A DNA stretch of 42,476 nt. It comes from Bacteroidota bacterium (lineage in GTDB: Bacteria > Bacteroidota > Bacteroidia > UKL13-3). Position 1 is the first letter of the stretch. Each line of letters starts with the position of its first letter. The notes under the pieces were generated by a model. It saw nothing but the letters and a program-made list of their open reading frames with translations. It did no database searches and was not told where the DNA came from. Of the stretch, positions 25,505-33,745 are shown piece by piece. The DNA lies in contig CANHRW010000001.1 of the NCBI GenBank assembly GCA_947462865.1, positions 1 through 42,476 of the forward strand, in the 5' to 3' direction. Made by a program: the position numbers and the translations under genes.

Positions 25505-28150
25505 ATGCTTAAACATGTTTGCCTTATCACGCTAATTGTCATTGCTTTTTCTATGCCTCAAAGTCTTGCACAATTAAGTACTAGGAATGCTGGAGTAACT
25601 TTTAGGTTCGACGATTATCAAAGTCCGGCTAAACTTGAAAAACTGAGAGCTGTATTTAACAAACATGGCAAAAAAATGGTGTATGCTTTAAACAGTCAAT
25701 TGGGCGAATTAAGAGGAGATGCTAACTATTTCTCAACACTAAAGAAAATGGCTGAAGAGGGCCATGAATTGGCCGATCAAAGCCCCAATGATGTAACCCA
25801 ATATATTGGATTTTCTAACAGTTCAGATATTAGTTATTACCAAGGGAAAGCCGGCGTACAATCAGTGAACTTAAGTACTAAAAAAATACTTTTTAAGTAT
25901 TACCTTAAAAACAATAAAGGAGTTGGAGATGAAGGTAAAGTAAGGATAACTCCACAATATTTGATTTCTGAGCAGGCTGGAGAATGGGAGCAAAATAAAA
26001 TATGGAGCAATTATTTTACACATGTTTATTTGCCCAGTTTAAATGAAGTGGTTGAAATAAACTATATCAACAACAGAAATCCACTTGATCCAGATACGCT
26101 TTATTTTAAATCGTTTTGGAGCGAAGAAATTACCTTAAACAGTGTAAGTTCAACCGAATACAAAAAAGTCTCTCCATATGATTTGGGTGTTCACGATGAT
26201 GCCATTCGTTTAATGGCTGAATTGAGCTTAAAAATATTTGCCAAATACCAGCTCCCTCAACCCAAGGTATTTATTCATCCGGGAGGTTCAATCCCATACA
26301 TCAGTGCAGATGTCATTTCAAGAATTTATGGCAATGAATTTCATTACGATTGTGGCAGCACCTACCCACAAATCTTTAATACTTATTTACATGCAAACAG
26401 AAATGGATTCAATCATTTTGCCATACCTGGAGGAGATTTTACAGAGGAATACAAGTCAACCAATGAAATTAAAAAAATTATCAGCGATAACAGAGCAAAC
26501 CATACTCACAGCATCAGTATTAACCACTTAAATACATGGGGCAACGTAGCCCCAATAGACACCATTTGTAAGCGCATCGATGAATTGCTAACCTGGTGTG
26601 AGGCGAATCAAATTCCAGTTAGAACATATCATGAGGTTTACGAAGAATTGTATTTGAAAAATTTAAATCTGAGTGAAAATATATTCCCAAAAACCAACCT
26701 CGATTTGAATGCAGATGGCTCACCAGATGGCGTTATCATGAGGTCTGCTACACACGAGCCAGATGCGGGTGTAGATTCAACCCACCCAGATGCTTTTAAA
26801 TGCACTCAGTCTGCTCAAATGATGATTGTGAAACAACTCGGCGGATTGACAAAAGGATGGAATACATTCAGCATTTATAGCAAGGGTGCTGCAAATGACT
26901 GGGACAATGTGGGCATTTACCTTTCTCTACCAGAAGCAGATTACAGCGTTGTGCTGCCTGTAAACGCCAATTCTATTGATTATGTCAAACACAGCTATCG
27001 GTTTTATGTACCTGACAACGTCTCTTATCTATCTATGTATTTTAATTGTAATAACAGCTCTAAAAGCAGTATTTATATTAGTGGTATGGAAATTAGAGCA
27101 GATGCAAAACCAAGCATTTTGCTAAAAAATATTACCCGTAATGCAAATGAAGTTTTTGCAGTTAAAGATCTCCGTAAAGAAGTGCGAGACCTGAACTTTT
27201 CTCCTGGACTCATTAATTGGAAAATACATAGAAATGCCTTGTACAATAACGCCACTTTGGTTTTTGGGAACCAACTCCGAATTATTCCTAATCAAAAATT
27301 TTGGATTGGCGAGGACAGCATTGTATTGATTGCAAAAAATGCAGCGGGAAATGCCGATACCAGTACCGTATTTATTTACTCTTACCAAGCAAATGGATGT
27401 ATTGGTAAAGCCAACACCATTGCTATCAATCCGTTGGCAAGCGATTCCGCATATGTATGGTATGCTATGCCTGTTGACGATTCTCTTGAATTCAAACAAA
27501 GTCCTGTTATTGTAGTTTATCCAACCCAAAACACCAATTACTTTTTAGATATCTATTCGAGAAACAATGGAGGCATGCTCACACACGAATTGCCCCTGAA
27601 TGTAAACCTGTCAAAACAAATTGGAATAGCCACCAAAGAAATTGCTTTTGGCAAGCAAGACACTTTGGTTCTCACTTATGACGATTTAAATATACCTAGG
27701 TGTTTTAGTCAGTGTCAGTTGAAAAATGTAAACACCAGCCATTCTATAAAAATATACCAATCGGCTAATCAATTAGACAGCGTCGTCATTATTAGAGATA
27801 GTTTATTACGGAACTTCTCTGACTTTACGCTTTCATTGAGTTCTGTTACTTGTGACGATGCCAGTTGGAAAATTATTTTAAATGCGGCTCCAGTTGGCTT
27901 AGCCAATGCAACTACAAATGCGCTTAAACAACCTATTATTGGACCCAATCCTTTTGCTAGGTCTTTGATGGTATTCTCAGCACCAGCGGAATCACAATTT
28001 TACTTGTATGACTTAAATGGGAAATTAATGGGCAAATTTAACAAGACAACACTGGAACAAACAGACTTTTCTGGTTATGAAAACGGATGCTATTTAATGC
28101 AGGTAAAGGCTCAAGACAGTGTGTTTAATTTAAAACTCATTAAGGAATAA
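25505..28150 (+). CDS. Large secreted protein with a T9SS type-A C-terminal sorting domain; N-terminal region weakly polysaccharide-deacetylase-like
   Basis: 881 aa. Signal peptide MLKHVCLITLIVIAFSMPQSLAQ. The C-terminal ~75 aa (GPNPFARSLMVF...FYLYDLNGKLM...GCYLMQVKAQDSVFNLKLIKE) match the T9SS CTD pattern. The N-terminal VTFRFDDY...GHELADQS only loosely resembles NodB motifs. Confidence 0.85.
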   Translation: MLKHVCLITLIVIAFSMPQSLAQLSTRNAGVTFRFDDYQSPAKLEKLRAVFNKHGKKMVYALNSQLGELRGDANYFSTLKKMAEEGHELADQSPNDVTQYIGFSNSSDISYYQGKAGVQSVNLSTKKILFKYYLKNNKGVGDEGKVRITPQYLISEQAGEWEQNKIWSNYFTHVYLPSLNEVVEINYINNRNPLDPDTLYFKSFWSEEITLNSVSSTEYKKVSPYDLGVHDDAIRLMAELSLKIFAKYQLPQPKVFIHPGGSIPYISADVISRIYGNEFHYDCGSTYPQIFNTYLHANRNGFNHFAIPGGDFTEEYKSTNEIKKIISDNRANHTHSISINHLNTWGNVAPIDTICKRIDELLTWCEANQIPVRTYHEVYEELYLKNLNLSENIFPKTNLDLNADGSPDGVIMRSATHEPDAGVDSTHPDAFKCTQSAQMMIVKQLGGLTKGWNTFSIYSKGAANDWDNVGIYLSLPEADYSVVLPVNANSIDYVKHSYRFYVPDNVSYLSMYFNCNNSSKSSIYISGMEIRADAKPSILLKNITRNANEVFAVKDLRKEVRDLNFSPGLINWKIHRNALYNNATLVFGNQLRIIPNQKFWIGEDSIVLIAKNAAGNADTSTVFIYSYQANGCIGKANTIAINPLASDSAYVWYAMPVDDSLEFKQSPVIVVYPTQNTNYFLDIYSRNNGGMLTHELPLNVNLSKQIGIATKEIAFGKQDTLVLTYDDLNIPRCFSQCQLKNVNTSHSIKIYQSANQLDSVVIIRDSLLRNFSDFTLSLSSVTCDDASWKIILNAAPVGLANATTNALKQPIIGPNPFARSLMVFSAPAESQFYLYDLNGKLMGKFNKTTLEQTDFSGYENGCYLMQVKAQDSVFNLKLIKE

Positions 28151-28154
28151 AAAC

Positions 28155-28189
28155 AAACGAGGCGTGCGGCAAAGCCGCGCGCCTCGTTT
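28155..28189. terminator. Strong GC-rich hairpin between convergent genes (bidirectional terminator candidate)
   Basis: 16-bp stem AAACGAGGCGTGCGGC-aaa-GCCGCGCGCCTCGTTT (one G-U pair). The AAA/TTT flanks form part of the stem. It lies between the stops at 28150 (+) and 28208 (-). Confidence 0.7.
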
Positions 28190-28207
28190 AACACGCGTAT
28201 ATCCCTC

Positions 28208-29599
28208 TTATAAATGAATGCACTCCCCATAAGCTTGGGCAGCTGCTTCCATAATGGCTTCACTCATGGTTGGGTGTGGGTGAACCGACTTGATAATTTC
28301 CATGCCTGTTGTTTCTAATTTTCTGGCAACAACTACTTCAGCAATCATTTCAGTTACATTGGCACCTACCATATGTGCACCTAAAAATTCACCATATTTG
28401 GCATCAAAAATTAACTTGATGAAACCTTCTTTTGCACCAGCAGCACTTGCTTTTCCGCTGGCACTGAATGGGAATTTACCCACTTTAATTTCGTAACCAG
28501 CTTCTTTAGCAGCTTTTTCGGTATAACCAACTGAAGCCACCTCAGGTGAACAATAAGTACAACCAGGAAGATTGTTGTAGTTTAAAGGCTCAGGGTGGTG
28601 ACCCGCAATTTGTTCTACACATATAATGGCCTCAGCACTGGCAACGTGTGCCAAAGCAGGACCTTTTACTATATCACCAATGGCATATACGCCTTTTACA
28701 TTTGTTGCATAATAATCATCTACCAATACTTTGCCTTTATCGGTTTTGATACCTAAAGCTTCTAAACCTAAGTTTTCTAAATTGGTTTGAATACCTACTG
28801 CCGACAATACAATATCTGCTTCCAATTCAACAACACCGGTGGCAGTTTTCACTTTCACTTTGCAGCCAGCTCCTTTGGTATCAACAGACTCTACAGATGC
28901 AGAAGTCATGATTTCTATACCTGATTTTTTGAAAGATTTTGCCACTTCTTTAGAAACATCTTCGTCTTCAATTGGCAGAATATTTGGCATAAATTCTACA
29001 ATAGTTACTTTGGTACCCATGCTATTGTAGAAATAAGCAAACTCACAACCAATGGCACCAGAACCCATTACAATCATAGATTTTGGTTGCTCAGGCATAA
29101 CCATTGCTTCTCTGTAGCCAATAACTTTTTTGCCATCAATTTTTATATTTGGCAATTCTCTGCTTTTTGCTCCAGTAGCTAAAATAATCTGCTTTGCTTC
29201 AACTGTTTTTTTAGTTCCAGCAGCTTCTGTCACTTCAACTTTACCAGCAGCCAATAATTTACCAGTACCGGCAATAACATCTATTTTGTTCTTTTTCATC
29301 AAGAATGCAATGCCTTTACTCATGCCATCAGCCACACCCCTGCTTCTCTTAATAACCGATTCAAAGTTATGTGTAGTTCCGGCGGGCACTTGAATGCCAT
29401 AATCAGCAGCATGTTTAATGTATTCAAAAACCTGTGCTGATTTTAAAAGTGCTTTGGTTGGTATGCACCCCCAGTTTAAACAAACACCACCCAATTCTGC
29501 TTTTTCAATGATAGCTGTTTTTAAACCCAATTGACTGGCGCGAATGGCAGCCACATATCCACCAGGACCGCTACCTATAACTATTAAATCGTAACTCAT
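28208..29599 (-). CDS. lpdA: Dihydrolipoyl dehydrogenase
   Basis: FAD motif DLIVIGSGPGGY, redox-active disulfide GGVCLNWGCIPTK and C-terminal HPHPTMSE. The track start 29656 adds 19 non-conserved residues. The ATG at 29599 gives the canonical MSYDLIVIG. Confidence 0.93.
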   Translation of the reverse strand: MSYDLIVIGSGPGGYVAAIRASQLGLKTAIIEKAELGGVCLNWGCIPTKALLKSAQVFEYIKHAADYGIQVPAGTTHNFESVIKRSRGVADGMSKGIAFLMKKNKIDVIAGTGKLLAAGKVEVTEAAGTKKTVEAKQIILATGAKSRELPNIKIDGKKVIGYREAMVMPEQPKSMIVMGSGAIGCEFAYFYNSMGTKVTIVEFMPNILPIEDEDVSKEVAKSFKKSGIEIMTSASVESVDTKGAGCKVKVKTATGVVELEADIVLSAVGIQTNLENLGLEALGIKTDKGKVLVDDYYATNVKGVYAIGDIVKGPALAHVASAEAIICVEQIAGHHPEPLNYNNLPGCTYCSPEVASVGYTEKAAKEAGYEIKVGKFPFSASGKASAAGAKEGFIKLIFDAKYGEFLGAHMVGANVTEMIAEVVVARKLETTGMEIIKSVHPHPTMSEAIMEAAAQAYGECIHL

Positions 29600-29759
29600 A
29601 CTGTTCTTATTTTTGGCAAAATAACTGAATTCCACCGACAATTCAATAAAATACATCGGCTAGAGCACCTAAGTAGAATTCTTCTTAAACTTTTGATTTT
29701 ATAACGAATATTTTTCTTCTCCTACTCAATTTCCATTAATTTGCAGAAAAATATATCTC

Positions 29760-30197
29760 ATGAGATCCGCAGAAATACATACCAACAAAGGAATTTTAAA
29801 AATTGAATTCTTTGAAAACGATGCCCCCAAAACAGTAGATAACTTTTGTAAACTAGCCGAAAGCGGCTACTACAATGGGGTTAAATTTCACAGAGTTATT
29901 CCTGCATTTGTGATTCAAGGTGGGGACCCAACTGGTACTGGAGCTGGTGGACCAGGGTATACCATTCCTTGTGAATTAACAGGCAACAACCAGTACCACG
30001 ATAGAGGGGTCTTGAGCATGGCTCACAGAGGAAGAGATACCGGAGGTTCGCAATTTTTTATTTGCCACAACAGATCAAACACCCAACATTTAGACCGTAA
30101 CCATACCTGCTTTGGCAAAGTGGTTGAAGGCATAGAATTGATTGACCTCATTGAACAAGGTGATGTCATGGAACAAGTGATTGTAAACAAGAACTAA
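29760..30197 (+). CDS. Cyclophilin-type peptidyl-prolyl cis-trans isomerase
   Basis: 145 aa. [25 protein letters not shown] and [16 protein letters not shown] motifs. Confidence 0.93.
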   Translation: MRSAEIHTNKGILKIEFFENDAPKTVDNFCKLAESGYYNGVKFHRVIPAFVIQGGDPTGTGAGGPGYTIPCELTGNNQYHDRGVLSMAHRGRDTGGSQFFICHNRSNTQHLDRNHTCFGKVVEGIELIDLIEQGDVMEQVIVNKN

Positions 30198-30214
30198 AAA
30201 AGATTCATAGCAGT

Positions 30215-31486
30215 ATGTTACAAATACACACCCTCAGAGAAAATTTAGAAGAGGTAAAAAGGAAACTTGCAAAAAAACAAGTCAAACACCTTTCTGACCT
30301 CGACACCATCGTGCATTTGGATGACAAAAGAAAACACTTGAAAGTTGCCCTAGAAGCCAATTTAGCAGAAGCCAATGGCATTGCAAAAAAAATGGGTGAA
30401 TTGATGAAAACAGGAGCTAAAGATGAAGCTGAAAAACTCAAAGCCCGTTCGAGTGAGCTCAAAGAACAATCAAAAAGCCAAGAAGAGCAGCTCAAAGAAC
30501 TTGACAACCATATTTACCAGTTATTGGTTACTTTTCCAAACCTGCCGCACGACAGTGTTCCTGAAGGTAAAACTCCCGAAGACAACGCCAATGTTTACGA
30601 GTGGGGAAGTATTCCAACCTTATATGAAGGAGCCGTACCTCATTGGGATTTGATCAAGAAATATGATTTAATTGACTTTGAACTAGGTGCAAAAATTACG
30701 GGTGCAGGTTTTCCTGTTTATAAAAACAAAGGAGCTAGGCTACAAAGAGCCATGATTAATTTCTTTTTAGACGAGGCTGTAAAAGCAGGCTACAAAGAAG
30801 TGATGCCGCCAATATTGGTAAATGCCGATTCAGGTTTTGGAACAGGACAATTGCCAGACAAAGAAGGTCAGATGTACCATGTAAATGTAGACGACCTATA
30901 CTTAATTCCAACCGCAGAGGTGCCTATTACCAATTTGTACCGCGATGTGATTTTAAAAGAAGAAGACTTACCCATAAAAAATGTAGGGTATACTCCATGT
31001 TTTAGAAGAGAGGCTGGAGCTTGGGGTGCACACGTTCGCGGCTTAAACAGGTTACACCAATTCGACAAAGTAGAAATTGTACAATTGGTTCACCCCGACC
31101 AATCTTATGCAGTTTTAGAAGATATGGTAAAACATGTACAAGGTTTATTAGAAAAATTAGAACTGCCTTATAGAATATTGCGCTTGTGTGGTGGCGATAT
31201 GAGTTTTTCTTCAGCCCTTACTTACGACTTTGAAACATACAGTGCCGCGCAAAAACGTTGGTTAGAGGTAAGTTCAACTTCAAATTTTGAGAGTTTTCAA
31301 TCCAACAGAATGTTGTGTAGGTTCAAACCCAAAGAAGGTAAAAACCAATTGGTACATACCCTAAATGGCAGTGCTTTGGCCTTGCCTCGAATTGTTGCTA
31401 CCCTATTGGAAAACAACCAAACCAAAGACGGCATACACATTCCAAAAGCCTTACAACCCTATACTGGTTTCGATTTTATAGATTAA
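30215..31486 (+). CDS. serS: Seryl-tRNA synthetase
   Basis: 423 aa. It has an N-terminal coiled-coil arm and class II motifs (LIPTAEVPITN, CFRREAGAWG, GSALALPR). Confidence 0.95.
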   Translation: MLQIHTLRENLEEVKRKLAKKQVKHLSDLDTIVHLDDKRKHLKVALEANLAEANGIAKKMGELMKTGAKDEAEKLKARSSELKEQSKSQEEQLKELDNHIYQLLVTFPNLPHDSVPEGKTPEDNANVYEWGSIPTLYEGAVPHWDLIKKYDLIDFELGAKITGAGFPVYKNKGARLQRAMINFFLDEAVKAGYKEVMPPILVNADSGFGTGQLPDKEGQMYHVNVDDLYLIPTAEVPITNLYRDVILKEEDLPIKNVGYTPCFRREAGAWGAHVRGLNRLHQFDKVEIVQLVHPDQSYAVLEDMVKHVQGLLEKLELPYRILRLCGGDMSFSSALTYDFETYSAAQKRWLEVSSTSNFESFQSNRMLCRFKPKEGKNQLVHTLNGSALALPRIVATLLENNQTKDGIHIPKALQPYTGFDFID

Positions 31487-31492
31487 CAAAAA

Positions 31493-31515
31493 GCCCCGCT
31501 TCGCGGGGCTTTTTG
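31493..31515. terminator. Bidirectional rho-independent terminator between serS and the convergent 292-aa gene
   Basis: Hairpin AGCCCCGC-ttc-GCGGGGCT with a 5-A run upstream and a 5-T run downstream. Confidence 0.8.
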
Positions 31516-31516
31516 T

Positions 31517-32395
31517 TTACTTTTGGTTTTTAGCAACCTGGTCTTTTAATTCCTTGAGTTCTTTTAAGTCTTTGGCCTCACACTTGCATTTTTCAGGTGA
31601 AGTGCTGTAAAAATACATGAGTTCACTGTTGGCTGCAGTTACAAATAACCTATTGCAGGTTTTTTCATCCTTGGCATAAAAGAAATACATCAAATCTTTG
31701 TCTTGATTTTTAATGGCTTGTTGAATGGTTTCAGCATCGGCCTCTACATCTATATCTCCATTAAACAAAGTAGCAGGATCATCTTTTCCTTTTAATACAT
31801 ACTGACTATTTTCTATGAGCAATTTCAAATCAATCATGAGACTTTTATCGCTTGGGTAATCGCTCATCATGGCACTTTCGGTCATACCACTGTTTTTACC
31901 AACCTGAATTGCGGCATTGAAATAGTTGTTTAGCAACTGAACACCTCTAATAGTTTCTGTTTCCCAATCGTTGGTATCAATTTTATTGTTACAAAAAGCA
32001 TAGGCCAATAAATTGTCTTTGGTAACCCTTTTAGAGAACTTATTAATAATTGCCAAACCATTAAAATCTTCTTCTGAAGAACCCAATTTAGCTTTGTTCT
32101 TTGAGCCTTTAGCTTTACTAAAAATTAAAAACGCATAATTACCTTTTTTATACTTCTGAATATCGCGTTGTATATCTATATCAAAAGCGTATTCAACCGC
32201 AGTAAATGACCAATACTTGTTCATGGCACTTTCTATAGAGGCGCTGTATGCGCTATCTTGAAACAAAACCACCACCAATTTGGTATCTTTAAAAGCATCT
32301 AAACTTTCTTTGGTTTTAAATGTGCCAAACTGAGCAAAAGCAGCGTTTAAACACAAACTTAAAAAGAGTATTAAATTTATTTTTTTCATATTCAA
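31517..32395 (-). CDS. Hypothetical secreted protein (292 aa)
   Basis: Long ORF with a clear signal peptide MNMKKINLILFLSLCLNAAFAQ and a Lys/Glu-rich C-terminus with a CKC motif. I recognise no family. Confidence 0.7.
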   Translation of the reverse strand: MNMKKINLILFLSLCLNAAFAQFGTFKTKESLDAFKDTKLVVVLFQDSAYSASIESAMNKYWSFTAVEYAFDIDIQRDIQKYKKGNYAFLIFSKAKGSKNKAKLGSSEEDFNGLAIINKFSKRVTKDNLLAYAFCNNKIDTNDWETETIRGVQLLNNYFNAAIQVGKNSGMTESAMMSDYPSDKSLMIDLKLLIENSQYVLKGKDDPATLFNGDIDVEADAETIQQAIKNQDKDLMYFFYAKDEKTCNRLFVTAANSELMYFYSTSPEKCKCEAKDLKELKELKDQVAKNQK

Positions 32396-32433
32396 TTGGG
32401 TTCAATTAAAATGGAACTCCATACAATCATACT

Positions 32434-32459
32434 AAAAAAGCAGCTCAAATTGAACTGCT
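32434..32459 (-). terminator. Candidate terminator after the ECF sigma gene
   Basis: On the minus strand, an imperfect 8-bp hairpin (AGCAGTTC...GAGCTGCT, one mismatch) is followed by 6 T. Confidence 0.45.
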
Positions 32460-32487
32460 TTTAGAATTAAATATTGTAATTGACAAC

Positions 32488-33024
32488 CTATTGCATTTCT
32501 GCCTTTTCCATCCCATAATGTTTTCCATATGGATGCAAAGATTCTCTGAGTATTCTTCTGGCCACAAATATTCTGGTTTTGACAGTACCAATTGGAATAT
32601 GAAGTATTTCTGCAATTTCGTGGTATTTGAAACCTTTGAAGTTCATTGTAAAGGGCTTCTTCAAGTTGCTTGGTAATTTTTCTATTGCAGATTCAATGTC
32701 CTTCATCACAAACTTTTGTTCGCCTGCATTTTTCACACTGCTGCTCACCGAGTCTAAATAAAAATCATTGTCGGTTTGGTCAATGAATGTATTGCGCTTC
32801 ACCATTCTTCTGTAATTGTTGATGAAGGTGTTTTTCATAATGGTGTATAACCAACCTTTTAAATTGGTTCCATCTTCAAACTTTTCTTGATAAATAAATG
32901 CCTTCAACATGGTGTCTTGCAACAAATCGTTGGTATCTTCTACATTTCTTGTTAACTGGTAAGCATATTGCCTGAGTGGTCTGCTTTCTTTTTCTACAAG
33001 GTTTTTGAATTCTATGGCAGTCAT
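32488..33024 (-). CDS. RNA polymerase sigma-70 factor, ECF subfamily
   Basis: 178 aa. Region 2 is DLLQDTMLKAF...WLYTIMKNTFINNYRR. Region 4 is an HTH, KYHEIAEILHIPIGTVKTRIFVARR. Confidence 0.9.
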   Translation of the reverse strand: MTAIEFKNLVEKESRPLRQYAYQLTRNVEDTNDLLQDTMLKAFIYQEKFEDGTNLKGWLYTIMKNTFINNYRRMVKRNTFIDQTDNDFYLDSVSSSVKNAGEQKFVMKDIESAIEKLPSNLKKPFTMNFKGFKYHEIAEILHIPIGTVKTRIFVARRILRESLHPYGKHYGMEKAEMQ

Positions 33025-33052
33025 TGTTTAACGTTTTAAGTGATTTGTTAAA

Positions 33053-33060
33053 CAAAGATA
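33053..33060 (-). promoter_or_regulatory. Candidate -7 box (TAtcTTTG on the minus strand) upstream of the ECF sigma gene
   Basis: The plus strand reads CAAAgaTA, 29 nt upstream of the start at 33024. It overlaps one copy of the TTGTTAAACAA palindrome. Confidence 0.35.
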
Positions 33061-33315
33061 GAAATTCGAATGAAAGAATCAAGTATTTTGTTTAACTTTT
33101 TTATATTTTTATTAAACAAGCGTAATTATTTGTTTATCTGACATTTAAAATATTTTAAGCCTATTTTAAGGGCGTTACAACAAGAAATAAGCCACAATAA
33201 GTTGAATTATTTTACCTAATTGTTAAACAATACATAACAAATCTTGTTCAATCTATTAGTTCAAACAATTAAACACCTACAAACCATAAATAGATTATAC
33301 CTAACTTGCCTAACA

Positions 33316-33732
33316 ATGGAAATTACAGTTTCAAGAAAAGCACATTTTAATGCAGCCCATCGTTTACATGTAGACGCATGGACAGATGAAGTGAATCGCA
33401 ATTTCTTTGGTTTGTGCAACAATAAAAACTACCATGGGCACAATTATGATTTTACCGTTTCTTTAACTGGCCAAATAGATCCTGTTTCAGGTTATTTATT
33501 CGACATGAAAGAACTCGCTACAATCATTAAGCTTGAAGTTGAAGATTGCTTTGACCACAAAAATTTAAACCTGGATACAAAAGAATTTAAACAACTCAAT
33601 CCAACTGCAGAAAACATTGCAATAGTTATCTGGAATAAATTGAGGGCTAAACTTCCAAACAGACTCAAACTAAAAATTACACTGTATGAAACCGAAAGAA
33701 ACTTTGTTGAATACCAAGGAAACCCCCAATAA
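33316..33732 (+). CDS. 6-pyruvoyl-tetrahydropterin synthase family protein (PTPS; Cx5HGH type)
   Basis: 138 aa from the ATG at 33316 (the track start 33244 is a TTG). FNAAHRL, CNNKNYHGHNY (Cys 33415..33417, HGH 33433..33441) and a C-terminal YETERN are typical of the PTPS/QueD fold. Confidence 0.9.
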   Translation: MEITVSRKAHFNAAHRLHVDAWTDEVNRNFFGLCNNKNYHGHNYDFTVSLTGQIDPVSGYLFDMKELATIIKLEVEDCFDHKNLNLDTKEFKQLNPTAENIAIVIWNKLRAKLPNRLKLKITLYETERNFVEYQGNPQ

Positions 33733-33745
33733 ACAAGAAGAAGAA

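Noticed and set aside
30205-30507. 100-aa Ser/Leu/Phe-rich minus-strand ORF that might look like a membrane or secreted peptide
   Set aside because: It is the antisense reading of the Lys/Glu/Leu-rich coiled-coil arm of serS. The compositional mirror explains the open frame.
31517-32395. The 292-aa gene as the anti-sigma factor of the adjacent ECF sigma
   Set aside because: - It has a cleavable signal peptide rather than a cytoplasmic anti-sigma domain plus a TM helix.
- It has no HxxxCxxC zinc motif.
- A hairpin plus T run separates the two genes.
- It is kept only as a low-interest note.
33025-33315. preQ1 or other riboswitch upstream of the PTPS/folE pair, and a 23-aa ORF starting at 33071 (MKESSILFNFFIFLLNKRNYLFI)
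   Set aside because: - I could not draw a stable conserved stem-loop or a preQ1-like hairpin with an A-rich tail.
- The short ORF has no support beyond being open.
- The only non-random signal I see here is the palindrome, which is reported separately.
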